Made by a program: the position numbers and the translations under genes
In this document: positions 36,101 to 48,699 of the stretch, piece by piece
Position numbering within the stretch: position 1 is the first letter of the stretch
How the letters are laid out: each line of letters starts with the position of its first letter
Notes under the pieces: model-generated
The model's database searches: none
What the model saw: only the letters and a program-made list of their open reading frames with translations
Told to the model about the DNA's origin: nothing
Assembly (NCBI RefSeq): GCF_044704955.1
Contig: NC_091984.1
Location: 147,064,001 to 147,128,000 of the forward strand
Length of the DNA stretch: 64,000 bases
Source: Pristiophorus japonicus
Lineage: Eukaryota
Reading direction: 5' to 3'

Positions 36101-38230
36101 CATTTGCAGTTTTCCAAACTGCTGGGACCTCCCAAGAATCCAGGGAATTCTCAGTGTCCTATCATTTAATGTGTATTCCTTTGATTGTTAGACTTCCCCA
36201 AATGCATTACCTCACAGTTCTCGGGATTGAATTCCTTTTGCTACTGTTCTGCCCACCTGACCAGTCCATTGATATCTTCCTGCTGTCTACAGCTTTCTTC
36301 CTCACTATCAATCGCACAGCTAATTTTTGTATCATCTGCAAACTTCTTAATCATGTCCCCTACATTGAAGTCTAAATCATTGGTGTATATTACAATGTGC
36401 AAGGGACTTAGTACCGAGCCCTGCGGACCCCACTCGAAATAGCCTTCCAGTCACAAAAACACCCGTTGACCATTCCCCTTTGCTTCCTGCCACTGAGCCA
36501 ATTTTGGATCCAACTTGCCACTTTCCCTTGGATCCCATGGGCTTTTTACTTTTCTGCCATGTGAGACTTTGCCAAAAGCCTTGCAAAAATCTATGTATAC
36601 TACATCAAAGGTGCAACACTCATCGACCCTCCTTGTTATCTCCACAAAAAATTCAATCAAGTTAGTCACGCATAACATTCCCTTAACAAATCCATGCTGA
36701 CTGTCCTTGATTAATCCATCCCTTTCTATATGACAATTTATCCTCTCCCTCGGAATTGTTTCCAATAATTTTCCCACCACCGAGGTTACGCTGACTGGTC
36801 TGTTATTACTCGGTCTATCTCTTTCCCCTTTTTAAACAAAGGCACCATGTTAGCAGCCCTCCAGTCCTCTGACACCTCACCTGTAAACAGGGTAGATTGA
36901 AAAATGATGGTCAGAGCCTCTGCTATTTCCTCCCTTGCTTCTCTTCACAACCTGGGATACATTACATGCTAAACCCCTTAATACTTCTTCACTCACTATG
37001 TTTATCTCATCGAATATTTCACACTTGTCCTCCTTAATTACAATGTCTGCATCGTCCCTCTCTTCTGTGAAGGTAGATACAAAGTATTCATTTAGAACTA
37101 TTCCCACATCTTCCGCTTACACACACAAGTTACCTTTTTGGTCTCCAATAGGCCACACTCTTTTTTTAGTTATCCTCTTGGTCTTTATGTATTTATAAAA
37201 CATCTTTGAGTTTTCCCTGATTATACTTGACAATATTTTTTCATACCCTCTCTTTGCATTCCTAATTTCCTTTTTAATTTCACCCCTGCACTTTCTATAC
37301 TTCTCTGGACTTTCTGCAGTATTTAGCTCTGGGTATCTGACATAAGCTTCCCTTTTTTGCCTTAACCTACCCTGTATGCCCTTCGACATCCAGGGGCTCG
37401 AGATTTGGCAGTCCCACCCTTTTCCTTTGTGGGAACATACTTGCTCTGAACCCTCACTATCTCCCCCTTGAATGCCTCCCACTGCTCTGACACTGATTTA
37501 CCTTCAACAGAAGAACATAAGAACTAGGAAAAGGAGTAGGCCATATGGCCCCTCAAGCCTGCTCCTCCATTCAATAAAATTATGGCTGATCTGATCATGG
37601 ACTCAGCTCCACTTCCCCGTCCGCTCCTGATAACCCCTTATCCCCTTATCATTTAAGAAACTGTCTAATTCTGTCTTAAATTTATTCAATGTCCCAGCTT
37701 CCACAGCTCTCTGAGGCAATGAATTCCACAGATTTACAACCCTCTCAGAGAAGAAATTTCTCCTCATCTCTGTTGTAAATGGGCAGCCCCTTATTCTATG
37801 ATCATGCCTTCTAGTTCTAGTGGAAACATCCTCTCTGCATCCACCTTGTCAAGCCTATTCATAATCTTATATGTTTCCATAAGATCACCTCTCATTCTTC
37901 TGCATTCCAATGGGTAGAGGCCCAACCTGCTCAACCTTTCCTCATAAGTCAACCCCCTCATTTCCAGAATCAACCGAGGGAATCTCCTCTGAATTGCCTC
38001 CAAAGCAAGTATATCCTTTCGTAAATATGGAAACCAAAACTGCACGCAATATTCCAGGTGTGGCCTCACCAATACCCTGTATAGCTGTAGCAAGACTTTC
38101 TTGCTTTTATACTCCATTCCCTTTGCAATAAAGGCCAAGATTCCATTGGCCTTCCTGGTCACTTGCTGTACTTGCATACTACCCTATTGTGTTTCATGCA
38201 CAAGTACCTCCAGGTCCCGCTGTACTGCAA
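30175..38230 (-). mobile_element. Cluster of nested minus-strand CR1 fragments (30175-30435, 30438-32010 ORF1/APE, 32025-33043 continuing at 35930-36150, 36155-37510, 37513-38230)
   Basis: Numerous ORF fragments with CR1 ORF1, APE and RT motifs. Confidence 0.85.
33044..35929 (+). mobile_element. Non-autonomous Gypsy (Mag-like) LTR element: LTRs 33044-33261 and 35709-35929, decayed gag + protease, no RT or integrase
   Basis: TG..CA LTRs about 92% identical, TSD CCCTT, PBS TGGCGACAAGGA (tRNA-Ser-like), PPT before the 3' LTR, CxxCxxxxHxxxxC remnant, MEVDTS protease motif. Confidence 0.92.
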
Positions 38231-38443
38231 CCTACCCAATCTTGCCTCATAACTGGATTTGGGAGTGCCACCCTTTTCCTTTGTGGGAACATACTTGCTC
38301 TGAACCCGCACTATCTCCCCCTTGAATGCCTCTCTCAGGTGGGCGTTAATGATCCCATGCCATTATTTTGAAGAAGAGCAGGGGAGTTCTCCCCGGTGTC
38401 CCGGCCAATATATATTCCTCAATCAACATGACAAAAACAGATT

Positions 38444-38944
38444 GGGGACGAAATTTCCCTGCTGTGTGAAAGGGATGTGACAGTGTTTTCCCTGGGTGGG
38501 GGGTCCTACCCGATCCCGCGGGATTTAGCAGAGACGTGAAATGGATAGTGCCCCGTGAGCCGTGTCCACGCCCCTTGAGCCGTGTCCACGTCCCGTGAGC
38601 CGTGTCCACGTCCCGTGAGCCGTGTCCGCGCCAGGCCTGTGGGTCACGAACCGGGCCGCACTTCGCTCGCAGGGCGAAACTTACCGGGAGATGCGCACCG
38701 CCGCGCCCCGCCATTTGTTTTTGCCTACTTACCCGTCGGGCCTTTCTGTGCCGATGTGGTGGGGTCGGTGCCGTCATGGTGCAGCCTGACACTCGCCCCC
38801 GAGCCCACCCCCAGGGGAAGTGCAGCGCACCACATTGCGCTCCACTTCCTGTCAGGGGCCGTGACCCCAATTTTGCTTCCGGGGCAGGAATTGGGCGTGG
38901 CAAAATTAGCCACCCCAAACCGGGGCGATACACAATTTGGGCCC
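38444..38944. mobile_element. Harbinger-type MITE inserted in a SINE
   Basis: Imperfect TIRs GGGGACGAAATT / AATTTGGGCCC, 3-bp TSD ATT restores the SINE sequence; GC-rich, internal 20-bp tandem x4. Confidence 0.7.
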
Positions 38945-40525
38945 ATTATCTGGTCATAGTCACATGTGGGAGCTTGCTGTGTACAAACTGTCTGTCGTGT
39001 CTCCTCCATTACCGCAGTGACTACACTTTAAAAGTACTTCATTGGCTGTAAAGCGCTTTGGGACGTCCTGAGGTGGTGAAAGGCGCTATATAAATGCAAG
39101 TCTTTCTTTCCAATTCAGCTCTACATCTTTGAAACCCAAACCCGCGGACAGTGACGGACAGGTAAAGACCCTGTGGTCCATGCAGCCCTTCCCACACAAT
39201 TGTGATACCTTGTGTATCACAGTATAGACTCTCCACCCCACCCAAAACTACCTGATCTCCTGGGAGAGGCGAAAAACCAGGGAAAAAACCCATTGGGGGA
39301 AATAAATCTGGGAAACTCCTCTCCAACGCCCCACCCATCCCCGGGCGATGGAAACTAGTCCAGGAGGTCACTGTGGCCCTGAATTCCCTGTAGTAACGAC
39401 CTTCTGTAAGTGGTGATCTCCACACCGGCCACAAGCAGGTCCTGCTCTCACTTATGTACAGCTCATGGATTTAAAATTACAAGCTTTCCCCACAGTGTCA
39501 AGTGCTGCAAATACTGTGTTACATTATCAGGGTTATATTCTCACTGTCTGTCATTGTCACAACACTCGCTATATAAATGCAAGTTGTTGTTGTGTTCAGG
39601 GGCCGCTGTATCTGGCTCAGGCTTCTTATCCATTCCCCCCTTCCCTTCCCCCTCCATTGGGGGCCGTGCCTTCAGCTGCCTGGGCCCTAACTCCCTGCTC
39701 CCTAAACCTCTCTGCCACTCCACCCCTCTCCTCTTTGAAGACCTCCCTTCAAACCCAATCTGTGACTGAGGGTTTTGATCACCCTCCCAGCCCCTCCCAC
39801 TTTGGCTCAGCACCACTTTGACCAGATTACGATTCTGTCAGCTGCCTTGGGATGTTGTTCGAATGTTCCAGTTGCTACAGCAATGCAGGTTGTTGCTGCT
39901 GTACCTGGCGGCAGAGCGTCTCTGTGTGGATATACCCCGTGCACCGAGCTCCGCGGTGAGGCCTCCCACAGTGGAATGGCCTGCCGATGCTCGCTGCAGT
40001 GTGGAGTGGCTGCTCACCCACCAATCGGTCTGAGACACCGCCTCACGAGCGGACGAGGAGATACACGCTGAGATCCACCATCAAATGACACATGGGGAAC
40101 TGGAAATTATTCTGCAAACCTGACTGGAGGTTTGGTACAAACGGGTTTTACAAACCAATCAATTGAGTGACACAGAAATTGTCCAAAAATTTGGTCTTTT
40201 CAGAACCAACATCGCTCCCTTTTGGTATGAAGACAGCACTGACAATTTCCCTCACAATTTGACTGAGCTGCAATTTTCAATGTCTCCTTACGTGGCTCGC
40301 TGTCAATCTTTATTCTATAACGCTCCTGTGAAGCGCTCACGGAGTTTTACTGTGTTAAAGGTGCTGTATAAAAGTTGCTGTTGTTGTTTGTTCTGAGTTA
40401 GCTGTTCCAACTGAGGTCGGGATATGACTCACAGCTCAGACTGTGCGGCATCCAGTGATGCAATGTTGTATCGTGGGTTCAAGCCCCACTCCAGGGACCT
40501 GAGTGCAAAATAAAGACATACACTA

Positions 40526-41237
40526 CTGTGCAGTCCTGAGGGAGTGCTGCACTGTCAGAGGGGCAGTACTGAGGGAGTGCTGCACTGTCAGAGGGGCAAC
40601 ACTGAGGGAGTGCTGCACTGTCGGAGGGGCAGTACTGAGGGAGTGCTGCACTGTCGGAGGGGCAGTACTGAGGGAGTGCCGCACTGTCGGAGGGGCAGCA
40701 CTGAGGGAGTGCCGTACTGTCAGAGGGGCAATACTGAGGGAGTGCCACACTGTCAGAGGGACAGTACTGAGGGAGTGCTGCACTGTCAGAGGGGCAGTAC
40801 TGAGGGAGTGCCACACTGTCAGAGGGACAACTGAGGGAGTGCCGCACTGTCAGAGGGGCAGTACTGAGGGAGTGCTGCACTGTCACAGGGGCAGTACTGA
40901 GTGAGTGTTGCACTGTCGGAGAAGCAATATTGAGGGAGTGTTGCACTGTCAGAGGGGCAATACTGAGGGAGTGCTGCACTGTCAGAGGGGCAGTACTGAG
41001 GGAGTGCCACACTGTCAGAGGGGCAACTGAGGGAGTGCCGCACTGTCAGAGGGGCAGTACTGAGGGAGTGCTGCACTGTCACAGGGGCAGTACTGAGGGA
41101 GTGTTGCACTGTCGGAGAAGCAATATTGAGGGAGTGTTGCACTGTCAGAGGGGCAATACTGAGGGAGTGCTGCACTGTCGGAGGGGCAGTACTGAGGGAG
41201 TGCTGCACTGTCGGAGGGGCAGTACTGAGGGAGTGCC
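40526..41237. repeat. SINE-derived 33-bp minisatellite, about 21 copies
   Basis: ACTGAGGGAGTGCTGCACTGTCAGAGGGGCAGT repeated; matches the SINE body at about 3935-3970 (reverse complement). Confidence 0.95.
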
Positions 41238-42335
41238 TGTAGGCGGTTTTCTCGGGCGTACCGATAATGCACCTCCAACTCCAAGTTCTGGACGATAGGG
41301 ATTGTATGGACAGATCAGACTTGGACACATGTTTTTCAGGCTCAACCGTATTGTGTTTAATAAGATTAACAACACCACTCATAAACAGTACAAAACAGTA
41401 CAACCCTGGCTTGTCCAATAATCCCTGCCGTGCTAAGTTACCACGGCTTAATGAAAGAACCCTCCCGTGAAATAAACTAACACAGGACCCCCCCAGCACT
41501 AAACCCCTTGGGTTTGGTTGGGACTTACAATCACCCCCTCACACAGCTAAGTGGTCTTGTGGATGTGTAGGCGCAGGCAATATGCTCACCCTGATTGCCA
41601 GTTGTCTTGCTTGCAGCTTCTTCCTGAACGTCTCGCTCCTGGGCTTTTTCCTGGGATTTTTCCTGGGATTTTTCCTGAGCTTTTTCCGGGGCTTTCTTCC
41701 TCCTGAGCTTGAGCTTGTTGCAAAGTGGCTCCTTATACCCCCAAAACCCATCACCTTTCCTCCCGCCAATACTGACCGATGGATTGACTCCGGTGATCTG
41801 TTTGGACTCCCCGCCCCCGTGGCCTGGAGTGATTCGTAGCCTTTGAAATCTTTGTGAAAAATGATATTTTGTTTTCCCGCTCCCAGGCATTGCGTCTGGA
41901 GAGACAATGTGTGCTGATTACTGGATGTCTGTCGTTTCCTGAGTTGATGGCCCCCATTATCAGGTAATGGGTTTCGATCAGAAACCGATCTTGCTTAACC
42001 GGCTTATCTCCTGGTAGACAACGGACCGGCCATTTCCTGTCTTGCACCAGTTTGGGTTGGGACTGAGTCGTGACTGTGCTTTAATAATGCGAAGGCACAG
42101 TGTCTCTGAGTTACCTCTCGGGGTATTGTTCCCAGTAATCACTTTAGAAGGTGATGACATCAATGGGCCTGGGTTCCTTGCCACTCAGCCTGTCAGTGTG
42201 AAATGTCCGGTTGTATATGAATGCACCTCAGTGCCACCCCCACAAGCTCCCTCAACAGTACAGTTCTTTCTTGGGGATTTGGATTTAAGGATTTGAAGTA
42301 TTGTTGATAGAAATGGCCAGAAAGCTGGTGCTACA
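41238..42335 (-). mobile_element. Probable solo LTR
   Basis: TGTAG...CTACA termini, TATA-like site on minus near 41733; no TSD seen. Confidence 0.45.
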
Positions 42336-42789
42336 GTTCATCACCTCGGGGAAAATAATGGTATGTTCCTCACCTCTTCCACTCCCCCCCTCCCCCCCAC
42401 CGGGGACAATAATGGTATGTTCCTCACGTCTCACTCCTCTATACCCCTGCAGACCATAATGATATGTTCCTCACCTCTCCCTTTCCCCCTGGGGACAGTA
42501 ATGGTATGTTCCTCAACTCTCCGTCCCCTCTTCCCCCCGGGGATGACAATGGTAAGTTCCTCACCTATCTCTCCTCTTCCTCCCCGCCCCCCGCCTGGAC
42601 TATAATGGTTTGTTCCTCATCTCCGCCCCTCAAAGGGACAATAATGGTATGTTTCTCTCCCTCTCTCGCCCCACTGCCCCCCCAAAGCACAAGCCTTTGG
42701 CCCTTTGCATTGAAGGGCAGTGTGCCCCTCCCTTGCTCCTTTCCTGCCCCCCTCCCCTGATCCTCCCCACACCCTTGTGCCTTTGTGCT

Positions 42790-45700
42790 TTCAGATGATG
42801 AGCCAGCATGTCAGCAGCCTGTCCCTCAGCCACCCACTGACAGCGACGAGGGAGAGGAGGAGGAGGAAGGAGAGGAGACCCCCCCCACCGTCACTGCCCC
42901 GTCAGTCCCCTCAGCAAGCTTCCCCCGGCTCTGGCGAGACCACGTCACCTGAGGAGGCAATGTTCCTGGGGTTGGTGGAGGGTGATGTTCTGGGACCCAG
43001 CAGCTGCAGCAACATCACGGGGCAAGGGAAGCTCGCGGACCTGCTCCCCAGGGGGACACTTCACGCCCCAGTTCTGCTCAGTACCACTCGGATGTGGACC
43101 TCGATGTGGAGGCTTTGGGCAGATGGTCAGCGGGCCATGCACAGCGAGCTTCTGGGTGCAATGGCAATGGTGCCCCAGAGCCAGGGTGCCCCAGAACCAG
43201 GGTGCCCCTGAGCCAGGGTGCCCCAGAGCCAGGGTGCCCAAGGGCGAGGGTACCCCAGAGCGAGGATGCCCCAGAGCCAGAGTGCCCCAGCACCAGTGCC
43301 CCAGAGCCAGGGTGCACCAGAGCCAGGGTGCCCCAGAGCCAGGGTGCCCCAGATCCAGGGTGCCCCAGAGCCAGGGTGCCCTTGATGGGGGTTTGGAGGA
43401 GTCGGCCTCCAGCATTGCCCGTGTCTCCCAGCACACCTTCCAGTCCATCCTTGGCAGCTTGCAACGCATGGTGGGCTCGCAGAGAGAGAGTGGGGACCCA
43501 GAGCTCCCGCCACGTGTCATGGGGGAGGGAGCAGCAGCTATTGCAGCACAGGCCGGAGCAACGCAACGGCTTACTGCTGTAATGGGCTTAGTGCTTGGTG
43601 GCATACAGACTGGTCCCCTCTCGTGCACGTCGGTCTGCTCTCATGCACGCTCAGTCTGCTCCCGTGCTCGCTCGGTCTGTTCCCGTGCACACTCGATCCA
43701 CTCCCATGCACATTCGATCCACTCTCGTGCACACTCGGTCCGCTCCGTGCACGCTCGCTCTGTTCCTGTGCACGGTCGATCCACTCCCATGCACGCTCGG
43801 TCTGCTCCCATGCACGCTCAGATCGATGCCATGCAAGCGCTGACTGCTGCCATCGTTTCTGGGTTCCCCGCAGTCCAACGGGGAGGTCACGGTGCCGAAG
43901 CAGGCCAGCAATCTGTGCTCGATGAGATTAGTCCGGATGCTGAGGCACTGCCCTGGGGGAGTGGCAGTGGGTGGGTAGAAATGGAAGGTGCTGCCTTCTC
44001 TCAGGACAACAGCATTCCGGCTCCCACCACTGCCACTTCACCATTGCAGTTGGCAATGTCTGCAACCCAGCCATCCGAGACTGCTGCCACCCAGGATGAG
44101 GTGGTGCAGTCTGCAGCCGGGCCTTCCAGGCCCAGAGCTGGTCCAGGGTCTCCTGCTAGGCCATCTGCAGTCTCTGCGTGGCAGACTAAGCAGCCTCCCA
44201 GCAGCCTTGCTGCAGGCACTGGGACCCCATTGAGGAGGAGCAGTATGATTGGGAGGGGGAGAAGGGAGCACGAGCGGAATATTTACAGAAAAGCCAGTGG
44301 GACAGTTTTGATGGCATCGTCAGCTCAGTAAGTTGTCAATATATTCTTGCTGCTCGTTGGGCTTTCTCAGTGTTGAGTATCAAATGGTTCTTTGTAAAGA
44401 TGTTGTTGTTGGTTGTGGGGAGTTCTGGTTGATGTTGGGGGTTTAATCAATGGGTAATTTGAGGTTGAGTTTCTGTGCTGTGTTCCATTGGCCATGTGCA
44501 GGGTGATCGGGTCTGTGCTGTGCCCATCGCCCTTTGTTGGTGCAGCGCAATCGCCATCTGATCTCTGGTTTACTGGAACCTCTGCACAATGAGGGTCACA
44601 CACGGCCCTCACACACCCCACATTGGCTCGGCCCTCCTCCGTGGCTGCTGCCCACCTCCACAACCTCCCCCTCTGCACCCTCCTCCTCATCCACACCCTC
44701 CTCTTCCTCCCCCTCCTCACCCTCCTCCTCCTCCCCCTCCTCACCCTCCCCCTCCTCCCCCTCCTCACCCTCCCCCTCCTCACTCTCCTCCTCACACTCC
44801 TCCTCCAACTCCTCCGCCTCCTCCTCCTCCTCCCCCTCCTCACTTTCCCCCTCACCCCCCACTCCCTCTCCGTCCCCCTGAGGTGGCCCTGCAATCCCCG
44901 AGGACAATGTCTGGGCCCTCTGAATGAGCATGTTGTGCAGCATGCAGCACACGATGAGGAAACGGGATCCTCGATCAGGGGGGTCCTACAGGGCACCTCC
45001 TGAGCAGTTACGGCAGTGGAGGCGTGTTCCACCCTCCCCCCTGTCGATAGTCTGCTCGATGAGGTTGCTGGAGGCAGCATGGCTCCCATTGTACACGTGC
45101 TGAGCACGAGTGTTGGGTTTGCGGAGGGGTGTCACCGACCAGGTGGCGGGCGAGTGGATAACCTTTGACCCTGAGCAGCCAGCCGCGAGCTCCATGTGGC
45201 GGTTGGAAGAGCCAAAATGTGTCCCGCCATGTTTGAGGTGGTGACACGGGCTGAGCGCTGATTCTAACGCCGGGCGGTCGGTGCCTCGTCGAACGGCAAA
45301 ATTCACCGTCCACAGATACTGCCTGATCTGCTGAGTATTTCCAGCATTTTCTGTCTTCCCAGAGGCCTTCCTTTGCCATCTGAGGCCTTGCAAATGTCCA
45401 GCATCATTCCCTACACACTGAAAAACGTTTTACATCTATTGCAGCAAGCAACTACTTCAATAAAATACCCAATCGAAAAGCTTAAATCCAAACTTGCCTG
45501 AATGATGTGTGCATCCCTTTAAGTGGTACGGTCAATGCTTCTGTGAGTCTGCTTACACGCTGGGTTTATCCGGTGTGGTTTAGGATCCAGCACTGAACTC
45601 CGTGCTCGGGTCAAAGTTCACCATGGTGAAGGTCAGTGTTACACACCGACTGACGTCACAACTCCGCCATTTTACTTTGAAGGGCGATACTCCATAACAG

Positions 45701-45830
45701 CAGCACTGCAGGGCCTGGGAAAATGAAGAACACCGTGGAACCCACCACCCGCTGGCAAAAGTGCAGAGGCCACCCTCTTTGACCCACTTTTTGCCGGCAA
45801 TGTGTGGTGTAAAGCGCCTGAATTTTTGCG
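42790..45830 (-). mobile_element. PIF/Harbinger relic: HARBI1-like transposase remnant on minus (about 44560-45400), convergent ORF2 remnant on plus with 16-bp (43169-43381) and 21-bp (43620-43820) tandem arrays
   Basis: Pieces GW.L..KGYPLA, TPLRKP...YN.SH.....IEQTI and CCMLHN followed by an acidic tract are typical of Harbinger DDE transposases. Confidence 0.8.
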
Positions 45831-46399
45831 CAAAGCAATAATGCAAGATCACGACCAATGCATCCAGTATCTCTTTAGCCACCTCTTTTAAAACCTTAGC
45901 ATCTAGGCTATCAGCTATATGGGATTTATCGAATTTTACTCTCAATAATTTCTCCAGTACTGCTCCTTTACGAATACTAATTGCTTTAATTTCTTCATTC
46001 TCACTAGACCCTTGTTTCCCCACTATTTCCAGGATGCTTTTTGTATCTTTTTCTGTGAAGGCAGATACAATGTATTTGTTTAATATCCTTGCCACGTTCA
46101 TATACCCCATTATAATTTCTCCTGTCTCTGCCTGTAAGGGACCCACGTTTACTTTCGCTGAGCTCTTCGTTTTTCTAGAACTATAGAAGCTTTTATAATC
46201 CACGTGTATGTCCCTTGCTAGTTTACTGTCACATTCTATTGTGTCTCGGTCAATTCCCTGATCGTCCTTTGCTGAATTCTGAAATCCTCCCAAATCTCAG
46301 GCTGACTATTTTTGTCACCCAGAAATTCTCCTTCACCTGCGAAGTTCTGTTCTAACCATGGTTGTGTGCTTTCACTCTCTACATATGTCCGATCAAATG

Positions 46400-46870
46400 C
46401 CTGTTCCCAGCTCTCACACTCTATCCATGACCATCCACAGTCTGTTCCCAGCTCTCACTGTCTATCTATGACCATCCACACTCTGTTCCCAGCTCTCACT
46501 GTCTATCTATGACCATCCACAGTCTGTTCCCAGCTCTCACACTCTATCTATGACCATCCACACTCTGTTCCCAGCTCTCACACTCTATCTATGACCATCC
46601 ACACTCTGTTCCCAGCTCTCACACTCTATCTATGACCATCCACAGTCTGTTCCCAGCTCTCACTGTCTATCTCTGTCCATCCACGCTCTGTTCCCAGCTC
46701 TCACTGTCTATCTATGACCATCCACGCTCTGTTCCCAGCTCTCACACTCTATCTATGACCATCCACAGTCTGTTCCCAGCTCTCACACTCTATCTATGAC
46801 CATCCACAGTCTGTTCCCAGCTCTCACTGTCTATCTATGACCATCCACAATCTGTTCCCACCTCACACTC
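46400..46870. repeat. 39-41 bp minisatellite, about 11 copies
   Basis: CTGTTCCCAGCTCTCACACTCTATCTATGACCATCCACAGT repeated. Confidence 0.95.
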
Positions 46871-47636
46871 CAGCAGTGCATGAGGCAAAATGTTTTAAAT
46901 GGATTGCCCCTGGCCAAGCCCTGAACTCACATCTTTCTCCAATTTCTCTCCGATCTCCCCTCATGCCCTCTCCGTCAACTTCCTGACCATGTGACCACTT
47001 CCTGCTCTCTCGGCCCTATTCCCACTAAACAGCTGACCACCCAACTTCCTTTTCTGGCTCACTTGTCAGCTGATGTGGTTAATGGTTCTCACCTCAGGTA
47101 CTTTCCTCTACTTGAAATCTGTGGCTTTCACCACTCTCCTCAAAAAACCGACCCTTGATCCCTCCCTTCCCGCCCCATCCTTGCAAACTACCGTCCCATC
47201 TCCAACCTCCCTTTCCTGTCCAAAATCTTTGAACGTGATGTCATCTCCCAAATCCGTGCCCACCTTTCCCAGAACTCCGGAAGATGATTTTTTGATATCA
47301 TCGTTGCTAGATTTGGAATGAAGTGTCTGTGCTTCACTGTCGGTGTAATAGACAAGTTTGTGCGATTGTGAAAGTGAGCAGTGCTGGGGGGAATTGTGAA
47401 GTCATTCACTTTGGTAGGAAAAATAGAAAATGCAAATTGTTGTTTAATGGTGAGGAACGATGAAATGTTGTTGGTCAGGGGGACTTGGGTCCTTATACAT
47501 GAAATGCAGCAATGCAACATGCAGATACAGTGAACAATTAGGAAGGTCAATGATAAGTTAGCATTTATTGCTAGGTTGGTGGAGGACAAGTGTAAGGAAG
47601 ACGTGCTGCAATTGTACAGGGCCTTGGTGAGACCAC

Positions 47637-48620
47637 TGTAGGATGATGGTTTCGTCCTGGATTAATTTGTAGCAGCCAAGAACAATTAGTTAACACTACC
47701 AGCTTCTTCTCAGAGTTCGACACTGGAAAATAATGACAAGACACCAATAATATAGTTTCCACTTAGTGAGGAGTCTTTACTGAGTCTGATCAACCCGTTA
47801 CAACATTACATCTATCAGTCTGTCCCTTGAGCTAATTCGCTACGTTATAGTTACCAGTTCCTCAGTTCCCTGCGTGCTCACGACCGTCCCTGTGGTCAGC
47901 TGACGTGCCGTGATGTGGGTCTTCTGATGACTGACCGGGTCTCCCTTCTTTGACAGCAGCCGTGTTCCCACCCATCTTTGCTGAGCCTCTGCCTCAGTTT
48001 CCCTGAGCACTCACGATCGACCCGATGGTCTGACAGGTTCATGGAGCACAGCTTCTGATGACTGACCACGTCACCCCTCTCTGACTACTGTAGGCTGCTG
48101 TTCCATCATCTGTGTGTTTTGTGCCTGCTTTTTCTCAGGTGTTGTTTCCATGGTTACTGCCACTCATCGAATCCTCCTTTGATCCATCGATGATCTATCT
48201 TCTGTGAGCAGACATTTAGCACTTTGGAAACTGGCCTATTGTCTAGTCTAGTGCTATCATGGACCTCAATGTGCTCAGTATTGGTGTTTACATTTCTACA
48301 AAGGTTTGGTCGCTATCAGTGTTTACATGTCCACAAAAGGTTTATTAAAGTTAATATTTTTTCCATTGTGTTGGGGTTTCCCTTCTGGTTACAGTTTCTG
48401 TGGTTTTACATTTCCACAAAAGGTTTCTTACAGTCCTATTGTGTTGGGGTTTCTCTACAGATTAACATTGAGCATTTTAAACAGCAGTCTCCAGGATTTC
48501 TTACAATTACAGGAAGTCAGTATTTACAGCTTTCATGTTTTAAGCATTTTATACAGAATGTTTAAAAGGTTAATCACAGAGTTTGGTTTCCTGGGCCTTA
48601 CATTGGGTTCAAGCCCTACA
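47637..48620. mobile_element. Solo LTR (984 bp) inserted in a CR1 fragment
   Basis: TGTAGG...CCTACA inverted termini, 4-bp TSD CCAC; CR1 sequence GAGACCAC/ACCTGGAG rejoins across it. Confidence 0.8.
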
Positions 48621-48699
48621 CCACACCTGGAGTACTGTGTACAGTTTTGGTCTCCGTAACTGAGGAAGGATATACTTGCCTTAGAGGGGCTGCAACAAT

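Noticed and set aside
39967-39973. Isolated CACAGTG heptamers (also near 2092, 14344, 39491, 42096)
   Set aside because: No nonamer at 12 or 23 bp and no adjacent V/D/J coding sequence
40479-41499. Repetitive Cys/His-rich ORFs and CRISPR-like periodicity
   Set aside because: 33-bp head-to-tail minisatellite with no unique spacers, in a eukaryote
42982-44331. 449-aa ORF
   Set aside because: Built from 16-bp and 21-bp tandem arrays plus a decayed Harbinger ORF2; no evidence of a host gene
44560-45400. Domesticated HARBI1 gene or RAG-like transposase near an Ig locus
   Set aside because: Frameshifted, internally deleted Harbinger copy; no RAG1/Transib motifs or RSS-like TIRs
47920-48070. Two CTGATGA motifs suggesting hammerhead ribozymes
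   Set aside because: No correctly placed GAAA or stems found by eye
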